Assembly: GCA_964013425.1 (NCBI GenBank)
Contig: CAXGWC010000003.1
Coordinates: forward strand, 50 to 64,049
Length of the DNA: 64,000 nt
Source: an uncultured Candidatus Poseidoniales archaeon
Lineage (GTDB): Archaea; Thermoplasmatota; Poseidoniia; Poseidoniales; Thalassarchaeaceae
Reading direction: 5' to 3'
A program made the position numbers and the translations under genes. Numbering within the stretch: position 1 is the first letter of the stretch; each line of letters starts with the position of its first letter. Of this stretch, positions 47,301 through 53,937 are shown one piece after another. The notes below the pieces were generated by a model. That model was not told the origin of the DNA. It saw only the letters and a program-made list of their open reading frames with translations, and ran no database searches.

Positions 47301-50289
47301 CTGTTACCTTCCTAACAGGTATATCTGCAGTTCTTAGCATGACGGCAAAGAGCGAAGTGAATTGGTCACAGCTTCCCTCAAATGAATTATTGAGAATCCA
47401 ATATGCCATATCCGATTCTTCTTCTAAACCAGAAGGAACACTTGTTCCATTGTTATTTCTCAGAAATGTAATGGTATCATTACCTTCTGATATGAAGTCA
47501 GCTATGGCAGAAACTTTATCCCAAGCCGATAAAGCTCCGGAGTCATTGATTACAGATTGTGTTATTCCAGAGACGAGCTCATTCATATTGCCCCTTGAGG
47601 TGAAGAACGGGGGAAGATCAGTGGCATAATCAGTTCCCGTAAACACGGTAGAGTTGTCCCTAATCGCCTGAGTGATATTTACTTGTGGAGTGGTGATAAA
47701 CATTGTATCAATTGAAGAACCATCTACAATTATATCCCTTGTGAAATTAGAAAAATTCAACCCTGCTGTTGGATCAGTCCAGCCTGTGAAATTTACAGTA
47801 TTGTGAGGCAGGATAAGCTCCTCTCCGATATCAGCCACTCCCGCACCTCTGTAACTAATCTCCCAGCCCATTAGGGTCGAGTTATCCCAGAATTGCTGGT
47901 CTGAGACCCCTTGTGTTGTAGAGAATCCGGGTACCATTTCAGTATTGCCTACAAGAGAGGTATTCACGCCCCATGATATCCCAGTGTATTGATCATAGGT
48001 GTGCCATCTCCAGTAGATTTTATTCTCAGGATTTAGTATCGATGATTGATTTGTGGCATAGAGGTATATGGAATTAGGAGAAATATCGTCCGACGGGTCC
48101 CATGGATTGTTCGGAGAGTCTTCACATAGGCCGTCCCAGTAGTCCGAGGTACACTCCTGTCCGTCTGGGATGCCCCCTCCGTCAGTATCTGGATCTCTCC
48201 AGTCAGTTCCAGTTGAGTTTTCGATTGTATCTGGGATTCCATCTCCGTCTGTGTCGACAGGATTTCTATCATCATTGGGGTTATCTTGAGGATTTGTACC
48301 GTCAATATATTCCTGGAAATCTGTCACTCCTCCATTATCGGTATCTGACAAATTCCAAAGGGTGAAGTAAGTATCGTTAGTGAAGTTCCCCCCCATGCCA
48401 GGAAAGGATACTATGCAACCTGTTGTATTTTCGAAGTAATTATTCAACCCATCACCATCGGAGTCTAGTAGGTTTTCACACGGGTCAAGAGGGTCAGTAC
48501 CATTCAGAATTTCATCTAAATCTTCTACTCCATCCGAATCGGTATCCACAAGATTAGGATTTGTGGGGAATCCCCATGTTGACAGATACTCCTCCCAATC
48601 GGCGAGTCCGTCTCCATCTGAATCGGAGTAGTCATCGTCACAAATTGGATCATTAACTGCCCCTACAGTAGCATCCCAACACCACGAGAAGTTGGTGAAG
48701 AGGACTGTGGATGTGTTGGCCGGCAGGTCTACGTTAACGCTTCTTAGTACGTCTGAATCTATGCTTTCATATCGAAACTCCAACAGAGTCCCATTCGAAA
48801 GAACATAATATGCCATAGGGGCATCTGTCTGTCTCCAATCTAAAGGTGATTGATCTAATTGAGAAGTCGAGTTGAGAGTTAAGGAAGATGTGACTGAGTC
48901 CCAGCCAATTATTTGGAGTGTAAGTTCCTCTTCTGATAAGCAGGGATCAGAGTTGTGGAAAGGTAGAATTTCATCACCATCAGATACCCCCCCACCATCT
49001 GTGTCGAAAACGTTCCAGAGTGTGCATGTCATGTTCTCCTCCCAATTCTGAATACCATCGCCATCAAAGTCTCCTGCATCCTCTATCCTAGTTGGATCGG
49101 TTTCATTCATATCCACTATGCCATTGCCATTGAGATCCTCCTCCCCATCATCGAATTGATCCCCGTCTGTATTGTTGTTTCTAGGGTCACTAGCTTGTGG
49201 TGGATCTCCGTACTGGCCATTGACCTCGACTCCATCTTCGATGCCATCGGAATCAGTATCAACAGAGGTAGGGTCTGTCAGGAGAATTAATGCCTCATAC
49301 GAGTCATTTAGACCGTCTCCGTCTGTATCGTTTGATTGCGGGTCAGTGGATGTAATACCATCTACCTCGGCAGTTAGAAATTGACATCCCCCTGGGCCCA
49401 GTGACAATACTGGATTACAAGGCGATTCGGTTGCAGTCATGGCTAGTGGGCCGGGTCTGAAATACTGCGTAGGAGGAGTCGTAGAGCCATTTCTGGTCCC
49501 CCATGCCGGATTGACATATTCCTTAAGGTTGATCAGTCCATCTCCATCCGGATCTCCAAATGTACCATCCATATTACTGTTAGATGTCGGATCTAATCCA
49601 TTAGCGGCTTCCCATCCGTCGGGCATTCCATCCCCGTCGGTGTCCCATCCATCTGGGTCCTCATCGGCGATACCATCACCGTCATCATCATCACTAGAGC
49701 AGTTGGCATCACCATCGCCATCTCCGTCGAAGTTATCCACCATTCCATCCTTATCATCGTCAAATGTGTTGAAGCAAATATTTCCTCTTGGATCTTCATC
49801 TGCACCATCAGAATTTAGACCTTGAATGAGTTGCATGGCACTTTCTTCATCCCAATCCCTGACTGGAACGGTTCCGTTCCACCATACCCCGTTATCTAGC
49901 ACGTTTGGAGTAGATGTCAAATCCCAACCAGAGGGCATAGAATATTGATACTCATTGAGATTGGTAAATGCATCCCCATCTGGATCTCCGGTAGATCCGT
50001 TGTCCCCGTTCTGAGATAGAGGATTTAGTCCATACTGCCACTCCCACCCGTCTGGAAGTCCGTCATTATCTGAGTCCCAGTCTTGAGGTTGTGTATTGAT
50101 GTAGAATTCGAGACCGTATGATAGTCCGTCTCCATCCTGATCTGAAGACGCTAAAGCCTCCCAAGCACTGAACTCCAACGCTGAGTACGAAGAAAGTAGC
50201 ATTAAGAGCGAGAATGTAATTGCTGAGCGGTGTTTTCTGTTCGACTTCGTGTCTTTTGAAAGATTCACAATAGAGCCCACGCTACTCAC
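41320..50289 (-). CDS. Giant type-I membrane protein (2,989 aa): signal/anchor, TSP3 Ca-binding repeat region, transglutaminase-like core, at least 11 prealbumin/Ig-like modules, TM helix, cytoplasmic DUF4129-like domain
   Basis: Uninterrupted 9-kb ORF; see the sub-features below. The start is GTG 50289, or more likely GTG 50280, which lies 5 nt downstream of GAGGTGA (50286-50292). The N-terminus is KHRSAITFSLLMLLSSYSALEFSAWEALA. Confidence 0.9.
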   Translation of the reverse strand: MSSVGSIVNLSKDTKSNRKHRSAITFSLLMLLSSYSALEFSAWEALASSDQDGDGLSYGLEFYINTQPQDWDSDNDGLPDGWEWQYGLNPLSQNGDNGSTGDPDGDAFTNLNEYQYSMPSGWDLTSTPNVLDNGVWWNGTVPVRDWDEESAMQLIQGLNSDGADEDPRGNICFNTFDDDKDGMVDNFDGDGDGDANCSSDDDDGDGIADEDPDGWDTDGDGMPDGWEAANGLDPTSNSNMDGTFGDPDGDGLINLKEYVNPAWGTRNGSTTPPTQYFRPGPLAMTATESPCNPVLSLGPGGCQFLTAEVDGITSTDPQSNDTDGDGLNDSYEALILLTDPTSVDTDSDGIEDGVEVNGQYGDPPQASDPRNNNTDGDQFDDGEEDLNGNGIVDMNETDPTRIEDAGDFDGDGIQNWEENMTCTLWNVFDTDGGGVSDGDEILPFHNSDPCLSEEELTLQIIGWDSVTSSLTLNSTSQLDQSPLDWRQTDAPMAYYVLSNGTLLEFRYESIDSDVLRSVNVDLPANTSTVLFTNFSWCWDATVGAVNDPICDDDYSDSDGDGLADWEEYLSTWGFPTNPNLVDTDSDGVEDLDEILNGTDPLDPCENLLDSDGDGLNNYFENTTGCIVSFPGMGGNFTNDTYFTLWNLSDTDNGGVTDFQEYIDGTNPQDNPNDDRNPVDTDGDGIPDTIENSTGTDWRDPDTDGGGIPDGQECTSDYWDGLCEDSPNNPWDPSDDISPNSIYLYATNQSSILNPENKIYWRWHTYDQYTGISWGVNTSLVGNTEMVPGFSTTQGVSDQQFWDNSTLMGWEISYRGAGVADIGEELILPHNTVNFTGWTDPTAGLNFSNFTRDIIVDGSSIDTMFITTPQVNITQAIRDNSTVFTGTDYATDLPPFFTSRGNMNELVSGITQSVINDSGALSAWDKVSAIADFISEGNDTITFLRNNNGTSVPSGLEEESDMAYWILNNSFEGSCDQFTSLFAVMLRTADIPVRKVTGFSGGYWNGEAFEVYGKDFTSWVEVHLQTNQNLGNADLGWIPFEACPAMSLVEVTDESWGPLWLDRDLSGQSIWMNGTLRFTDNQTSVAGVGVDMYLVESNMTNQIPGLAAVSQHLVGTAVTDSNGSFNITGMPNEAVNPGNSSLVIMTKTLDYVGTQGIFSGWNVNVTDDITLSLSEPQPLTEPKIGIGVNTTITGSVSLENVPYNDISSIDSMQILMNYTTSQDGPVSLISSIGPGGYFEFSVSINESEQEGLIPATLDYTGWHQFDLNNASGPVFHIRPYSETINLNLTQAPNLTISLEGQGLNNTILEINNRIYLNGTALSKSEIPESLNGTLTLQMRRSGTNAPFQTLNSWYLNDSDWLSNPGQFAVNWTFLDSDVPIPAGLVEIRYQYLADQLFAKDETTVVDQHGIKSYIVFNYTMIPAAKGTTSDILVSLSDHTGAEITTFPGLFSLSVNDTEVWNISDPDVPKIVPSWSPSLSTPAGDYPWVLSYNGSTWVGPNQTTDDVRIQGRASPIFNLGTEWVPMGNTTWISGSVIDSDLNSSVLGNNTSVSLFLDVPSSLPAGPDGNPLPPDRYTLGSEWLDTTTGEYNISFSMPSGIGSGVYQAILVLDFEKNSPGGIPYFFDPATENSLDIGIQTMFDVQSANTSAIVVAGENLSASATVRDLESNERLSNATVEIYFDWGGSLQQLMNTSVTGNDGVVEFQSTIPSDAPPGYYDVLILAPDDLTDSLETQDAGRWLANESYMNLTVQVLSNVRIDNSPLPEVTAGQSFLVTGKVMDSFDINRTVSGPVSIEIFFLDDPNEKLVTGFATSPNGTFSVSVPTDPLGDGVSNGLKTVVVSVENGSSPFYLTGTGSDSILVRGVVQFIDRIPLINTIVDRGSSVSFGAKLAESSNNDREIVGMNVSAKFHDTWLTSEISSNSGGYVNFSFDVPHSHPLGAISVMLVFNGSNGTETLHNSFTYINTIIVRSPTSISFNPITANPTAGDFLDVSGNLTSSNGSGIVDRSGNPLSPSLTFLIDDVSTGFTVSGGAVDPDGSWSARIFLDMTFPRGAHNISATYTPTVNYYSSSSSNGTFDSRGFSMISIIDPTDLDPDARTIRGDPTNLNISIMDNAGENVANVEVKILVDGLETWSGFTDSNGLINTNLSTDPNRDPGPMTVTAVFDGINGTTGLSGDQTWTRIIILAPTVIEVSNISGSAVAGERVVFSGTLLDERGLPLVEDGSPKGGVVHLHIDGIDVGPQYIDVSNSTSGAWQITYDLPLDMDYGQHTFSIEFLGGFTWVDPMGQGDSLNPEYYLSSITTSPFNVTQTSQVVLTTPQGEIDRNELLLIEGILTDGAGRPLPNRTLDAYMNGQMLTSLSVDGNGSFSLFFPVPSDMPLGPREVMLLFQGEEFILGSNSTTIFTVFSPTTLTVENPTPVAVGDVLNLRGDVRDNLPDGWLSNHSLQIFVDGILIGTTVTEEDGSWHLSWVVSEFLDVGVHPVTVISPDQGYYRQTSVETNLTIAYHTTITLNVENSVATRGGSWNFSGRLYDSDTPGTPGLENREVSFLLDGIEILVVTTGVDGTFSFTHELGYSISRGDHLVSVHFYGEELYLSDSTNTTVFSRADINVEILLISDEVVRSDETRPIRVRGRVLEIGGDGNTMEEMEMSLLWEGSLEPNAIISWDQATGQFLITSNAKTYMPPGNSIFTIDVEPDAERFLNGASVEFDLQILVSVDFVFIPDGIFIERGQSKISGKINVTASDDNRAPPVEGVSITARLTNDTDTLFTVVGMTDVNGIFDYQFESFHDDHSFWDRDFWGELKIEFSSDSDIIDPVNATQLAQFSEVSINYQAEASDSLLRPAIISVLLVAFMIGVSALVVTIRNRKKAAIDELAGVFSYTAELLAAGDEVREAIFNCYEGLCKILMSRGFLRRDFETVREFEMAIRSALPISEQALLSLDRIFEEARYSSHVLGNQHRESAQMALNSVLQEIDQLEDVPSRSKGKIIED
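41323..41775 (-). other. C-terminal TM helix (41704-41775) plus a 127-aa cytoplasmic DUF4129-like domain (41323-41703)
   Basis: The TM helix is LLRPAIISVLLVAFMIGVSALVVTI, followed by RNRKK (positive-inside rule). The tail has ETVREFEMAIRSALPISEQALLSLDRIFEEARYSSHVL, which matches the T.RE....L...L..L...FE.ARYS pattern typical of DUF4129. Confidence 0.6.
41785..47142 (-). repeat. Array of prealbumin/Ig-like (CarboxypepD_reg-like) modules (residues about 1050-2835)
   Basis: At least 11 recurrences of the T/S-x-x-x-G-x-(F/W) strand motif: TDSNGSFNITG, TGNDGVVEF, TSPNGTFSVSV, SNSGGYVNFSF, VDPDGSWSARI, TDSNGLINTNL, STSGAWQITY, VDGNGSFSLFF, TEEDGSWHLSW, TGVDGTFSFTH, TDVNGIFDYQF. Confidence 0.6.
47155..48069 (-). 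other. Transglutaminase-like (papain-fold) domain of the 2,989-aa protein (residues about 741-1045)
   Basis: The N-terminal flank YWRWHTYDQYTGISW fits the 'Y..Y.G..W' region. The core EGSCDQFTSLFAVMLRTADIPVRKVTGFSGG...DFTSWVEVHL...LGWIPFEACP aligns by eye to the G.C..F..LF.A.LR..GIPAR.V.G...HAWVEVY...GW...DPT pattern. Confidence 0.65.
48085..50145 (-). repeat. TSP3 (thrombospondin type-3) Ca-binding repeat region of the 2,989-aa protein (residues about 49-735)
   Basis: Many DxDxDGxxDxxE loops: DSDNDGLPDGWE, DPDGDAFTNLNEY, DTDGDGMPDGWE, DPDGDGLINLKEY, DTDGDGLNDSYE, DTDSDGIEDGVE, DFDGDGIQNWEE, DSDGDGLADWEEY, DTDSDGVEDLDE, DSDGDGLNNYFE, DTDGDGIPDTIE. Confidence 0.8.
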
Positions 50290-50358
50290 CTCTTACCTAG
50301 GGCGGAAAGTAGGGCTCTTAAGAGGAATGGAGCGTCGTTCGGACGTTGCCTCAAACTA

Positions 50359-53322
50359 TTAGACGAGTTCAATGTCGTCATCGTCGTAGACATCTTCCTC
50401 ATCTTCTTCTTCCTCTTCCAGAGAAACAACCGGCGCGGGTATGTCATCAACTTCCTCTGAGTCATCTTCTGAGTCATCGGAAATAGCGTTCAAATAAGCC
50501 ATGTGAGATTTCCATCTTCGACGATTCAATGCTGATTGGGTGCCGGCAATAAGAAGCATAATGCCGATGATACCAACTACATATGTTGAAAGTCTTGGAT
50601 GAGTGAACTCATTCACTAGACGTTCTATCAGGGAGTCGATGCCAACGGTCATTACAACCGTTGCCCTAGCAGTAGAATCATCAGGCCAGCTTTGGTCGGT
50701 ATCGAAGGGCGTTGCACTAACCATTATCCTAGAGGAGTCGCCATTGTTGGAAGACACCGGGACAGTGACCTCTAGGACGAAGGTTACCTCATCAAAGGCC
50801 TCCAGGACAACTAGAACTGATCCGGAAGGACCGTCGATCTCTACACTCCATGAAGAGGAGTCAGATTCGGCCTCGAGAAGAATCGTAAGCGGACTATTTC
50901 CAAGATTCTTCACTTTCATCTGAATTTCTACTGTGTCTCCTGGAGATAATAGCCTATTTGGAGAAACCTGTACGATTTCTAGTGTTGGCTCATCAGAGTC
51001 TATTTCGAACACCATCGGGAGATCAAAATATCTTGGGTCTTCGTCAGGGGTGTCTTCTACAACCCTTAGATATACGGTATGATTCCCGAACTCGACCTGG
51101 CTAGTGAGGGTGATGGTCACAAAAACTTCGGTATCATCACCGGGTGCTAGAGAGACTCTTGGAACAGCATTCCCAGAGTCATCCTCTATTCTGAACTGCC
51201 ATTGCCCATATGCCGCATTCCTGTCTTTGTTCTCTTCTAATGAGGCTGGATTCTGGATCCTCCACCATGTAGCGGACTCCCCCGATGTCATTGTATTTGT
51301 GATTTTAGCCCTCAGGGAGACTTCAGCATTTCCGGAGCCAGGGGAACAGAGAGATACTGTAATGTGCCCAAGTGGGGAGCCATCGCAGTCATAGGAAACC
51401 TCCGCCCTGATTCCGAATGTCCTCTGAATTGTGAATTCGATTGTAGAGGACAGGTTACTCTGGCCGGTGCTGACTACTTCTAATTCGACAGTACCTATAT
51501 CTGGGTCCAGTCTATCGGAGGAAGGTTTGATGAGGATTCTGAGGGTTTGTGTCTCATGTCTGTCGAGGAGAGCGGTGTGAAAAGTCCCATCACCATCGTC
51601 CTCTAGAATTCTCTCGCCCGTGTCATTGTCATAAACCTGAATTATGGCTTTAGCCCTTTGAAGAACGTCAATCTTGAACTCATCTGCATCAAAACCAGTA
51701 TTGAAAATCTCCATCAAGAAGGGAGTAAATTGGTCATAGTCAACATAGCTGTTTGCAGAAGCATCGAAGTCGTCTGGCCTTGAAGAATTAGCTACAGCAA
51801 CCTCATGATCTTCGGACCATATCGAAACTTGTGGAGGTTGGAAAACATCCATCTTCTTCAGGTCCAGTTGTAATGTGTCTTGATGAACTACCTGCAACAC
51901 ACCATCTACCTCTGCCTCAGCTACAGCCCTGATATCAATCGAGCCTGGAGCACCAGTGAGATCTTCAGGGGCGGTCAAGGTAAGGATTGGATTGAGGATG
52001 TCACCTCCAGAGTTTAACGTGTATCCTCCAGGAGAGTCGAACTCTATTAGCCACGAACTAGGGAAATTTGTCAATACTTCTAGCTCTACATCCATTGATT
52101 TGGTCGAGTCCCCCCTGTGTACCATCTGGAGGGAGATAGGGGTTGTCTGCTCGGGGGCTATGTATTCGGTTGACCTATCTTGCCGGTGATTTAGTGCAAC
52201 CCCCCACTGCTCCATATTTACAGGCTCATGCTCTACTATCACGCTGTTTCCCTGAATATCAGATACTTCGAGCTCGACTGAGTATTCGCCTGAAGGAATC
52301 CCACTAGGGTATGACCATAGATACTCTCCGAAAATACCTTGGCTTGTGTCCTCAATATCCTCATCATCCTCGTCAATAACATGATCAATTCTGTATATGC
52401 CATTGGGGTCCCTCATCAACAATCTTACCGAGTCGACATCATATCTCCCGAAGCTACTTTTAACATCGAATGAGAATTGCATTACCCTCTCCGAGAGGAC
52501 ATCATTAGGATACCAATCCAACTCGGCCCCTTCTGCTAGCTCCGCTCCCTCTCTTTGTAGCAGAACCAAGCTGTTAGCGATCGCATTGGCTTCAATTTCC
52601 AGAGTACTGAATCTTTCATCACCATCAATTTCGTTCCATGCGACTTCTGCTTCACAGCTCGATGAACCTCCCCATGGACTTCCACCTCCACTATCGCATC
52701 CTGACATGTCAGCATCGATTATTAATTCCAAGCGTTCATCCTTGTCTATTGTGAAAGTCTCATCACTACCAATATCGATTTCAAATGTCTCATGATCGAA
52801 GCTACAACTTTGAGTCAGTCCGGGATTGCATGCTTCTGAAGACCAAGATGCCGATCCAACCTGAGATCCAGATGCTTTTAGTGTGAGAGTCCAGTCAACA
52901 CTAGCGGTATCGGGACCTGTAGATCTCAGAAATATCCCGATTGGCAGATAATACGAGCCAGAGCCCGAGCCGTGATTGGGCCTACCTGCTATCTCGAGAC
53001 TGGAGAGCATCGGACTGGTCCTGAATTCGATGCTACTACTTAATGCGCTCATGGACTCCTGTCCCCCGGACTCGGGAACTTGTGTGGTGATGTATCCATC
53101 TCCCCCTGCAGATGAATTCTGAGATGCGATATACATCGTATAGAGGTTCATCTGAACATCGCTATTAGAATTGAAATTTGTGGTTTCGTTTAGCTCACTA
53201 TTGGAAACTGTAGAGGCTCCATATGGAATGAGAAGGACCAAGCAAAGAACCAGTGCCATAGCTCTGCTCTTACGAACGTAGTTCGCTGTACTTCTCCCTT
53301 GCACGATTAAGCGCCCACACAA
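50359..53322 (-). CDS. Large type-I surface protein (987 aa): signal, Cys-containing N-domain, NEW3/CARDB-like Ig modules, TM helix, acidic cytoplasmic tail
   Basis: Start is TTG 53322 (RKSRAMALVLCLVLLIPYGAST signal) or ATG 53259. It is all-beta-like, with repeated modules such as LSPGDTVEIQMKVKNLGNSPLTILLE. The C-terminus is YVVGIIGIMLLIAGTQSAL (TM) + NRRRWK...EEEEEDEEDVYDDDDIELV. It lies 69 nt upstream of the 2,989-aa gene on the same strand. Confidence 0.85.
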   Translation of the reverse strand: MCGRLIVQGRSTANYVRKSRAMALVLCLVLLIPYGASTVSNSELNETTNFNSNSDVQMNLYTMYIASQNSSAGGDGYITTQVPESGGQESMSALSSSIEFRTSPMLSSLEIAGRPNHGSGSGSYYLPIGIFLRSTGPDTASVDWTLTLKASGSQVGSASWSSEACNPGLTQSCSFDHETFEIDIGSDETFTIDKDERLELIIDADMSGCDSGGGSPWGGSSSCEAEVAWNEIDGDERFSTLEIEANAIANSLVLLQREGAELAEGAELDWYPNDVLSERVMQFSFDVKSSFGRYDVDSVRLLMRDPNGIYRIDHVIDEDDEDIEDTSQGIFGEYLWSYPSGIPSGEYSVELEVSDIQGNSVIVEHEPVNMEQWGVALNHRQDRSTEYIAPEQTTPISLQMVHRGDSTKSMDVELEVLTNFPSSWLIEFDSPGGYTLNSGGDILNPILTLTAPEDLTGAPGSIDIRAVAEAEVDGVLQVVHQDTLQLDLKKMDVFQPPQVSIWSEDHEVAVANSSRPDDFDASANSYVDYDQFTPFLMEIFNTGFDADEFKIDVLQRAKAIIQVYDNDTGERILEDDGDGTFHTALLDRHETQTLRILIKPSSDRLDPDIGTVELEVVSTGQSNLSSTIEFTIQRTFGIRAEVSYDCDGSPLGHITVSLCSPGSGNAEVSLRAKITNTMTSGESATWWRIQNPASLEENKDRNAAYGQWQFRIEDDSGNAVPRVSLAPGDDTEVFVTITLTSQVEFGNHTVYLRVVEDTPDEDPRYFDLPMVFEIDSDEPTLEIVQVSPNRLLSPGDTVEIQMKVKNLGNSPLTILLEAESDSSSWSVEIDGPSGSVLVVLEAFDEVTFVLEVTVPVSSNNGDSSRIMVSATPFDTDQSWPDDSTARATVVMTVGIDSLIERLVNEFTHPRLSTYVVGIIGIMLLIAGTQSALNRRRWKSHMAYLNAISDDSEDDSEEVDDIPAPVVSLEEEEEDEEDVYDDDDIELV

Positions 53323-53445
53323 GTGGCGTTAAAGCGTTCGTGCGCCTTGGGCTGCTGATACGTCAATTATGGGGGTCGGCAATATGACTCATTTCGAGGC
53401 CTAGAAGCGCTCGATTCAAGGAGTATGACCTCTTCCTATTAACCT

Positions 53446-53531
53446 GCAGAGGTACCCGAGCTGGTCAAAGGGGCCGGACTTAAGCTCCGGTGCATAGTGC
53501 TTCGCAGGTTCAAATCCTGCCCTCTGCACCA
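53446..53531 (+). tRNA. tRNA-Leu (anticodon UAA), 86 nt, class II, CCA encoded
   Basis: Acceptor GCAGAGG/CCTCTGC, anticodon stem CCGGA/TCCGG with loop CTTAAGC, 13-nt variable arm, T arm GCAGG-TTCAAAT-CCTGC, discriminator A, then CCA. Its 3' end abuts the folB stop on the opposite strand. Confidence 0.9.
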
Positions 53532-53936
53532 CTATCTCTTCCTAGTCATCTCACAGCCGAATTTTGCATCTCCTTCGAGAACATCCATCTTAGTGATTTT
53601 TACTGATGCCTCAGAAACTTGGAGTGGGATCATTAGCCTGTCCAGTATTATTGAGCCTAAGGACTCAAGCAGTGAGAGTCTGCTTCCATTAATTGAATCC
53701 TCTACTGATTCCAATAAATATTCATAATTAACTACCTCTGTAATCTTGTCTGATTTTGGGGGATCTGATCCGGGTATCGATACCTCGATATCAAAACGTA
53801 ACTTTTGGGGTTGGCCTATCTCATGGTTGTGAATTCCGATATCTACTTCCCTGAATAGTTCCCTCAGAAAGATCACTGTCCTTCCGGGCCCCTTCTCAAC
53901 AGTAAAATGACGGGGTCCATCTGAATAGTGGTCCAT
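53532..53936 (-). CDS. folB: Dihydroneopterin aldolase family protein (FolB-like)
   Basis: From ATG 53936: IGIHNHEIGQPQKLRFDIEVSI...SDKITEVVNYEYLLESVEDSI...LLESLGSIILDRLM...ASVKITKMDV. This fits the E..GQ..F..D......SD.....V.Y......LLE.L...I.......V.V.K pattern. The start lies 2 nt after the SDR stop (TAAGATG). Confidence 0.7.
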   Translation of the reverse strand: MDHYSDGPRHFTVEKGPGRTVIFLRELFREVDIGIHNHEIGQPQKLRFDIEVSIPGSDPPKSDKITEVVNYEYLLESVEDSINGSRLSLLESLGSIILDRLMIPLQVSEASVKITKMDVLEGDAKFGCEMTRKR

Positions 53937-53937
53937 C

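Noticed and set aside
41320-53322. MoxR ATPase / DUF58 / VWA partner genes expected next to transglutaminase-DUF4129 proteins
   Set aside because: I looked for Walker-A AAA+ or VWA (DxSxS MIDAS) motifs in the neighbouring ORFs (40850-41323, 50359-53322, 53532-54699) and found none. Their absence is reported rather than a system call.
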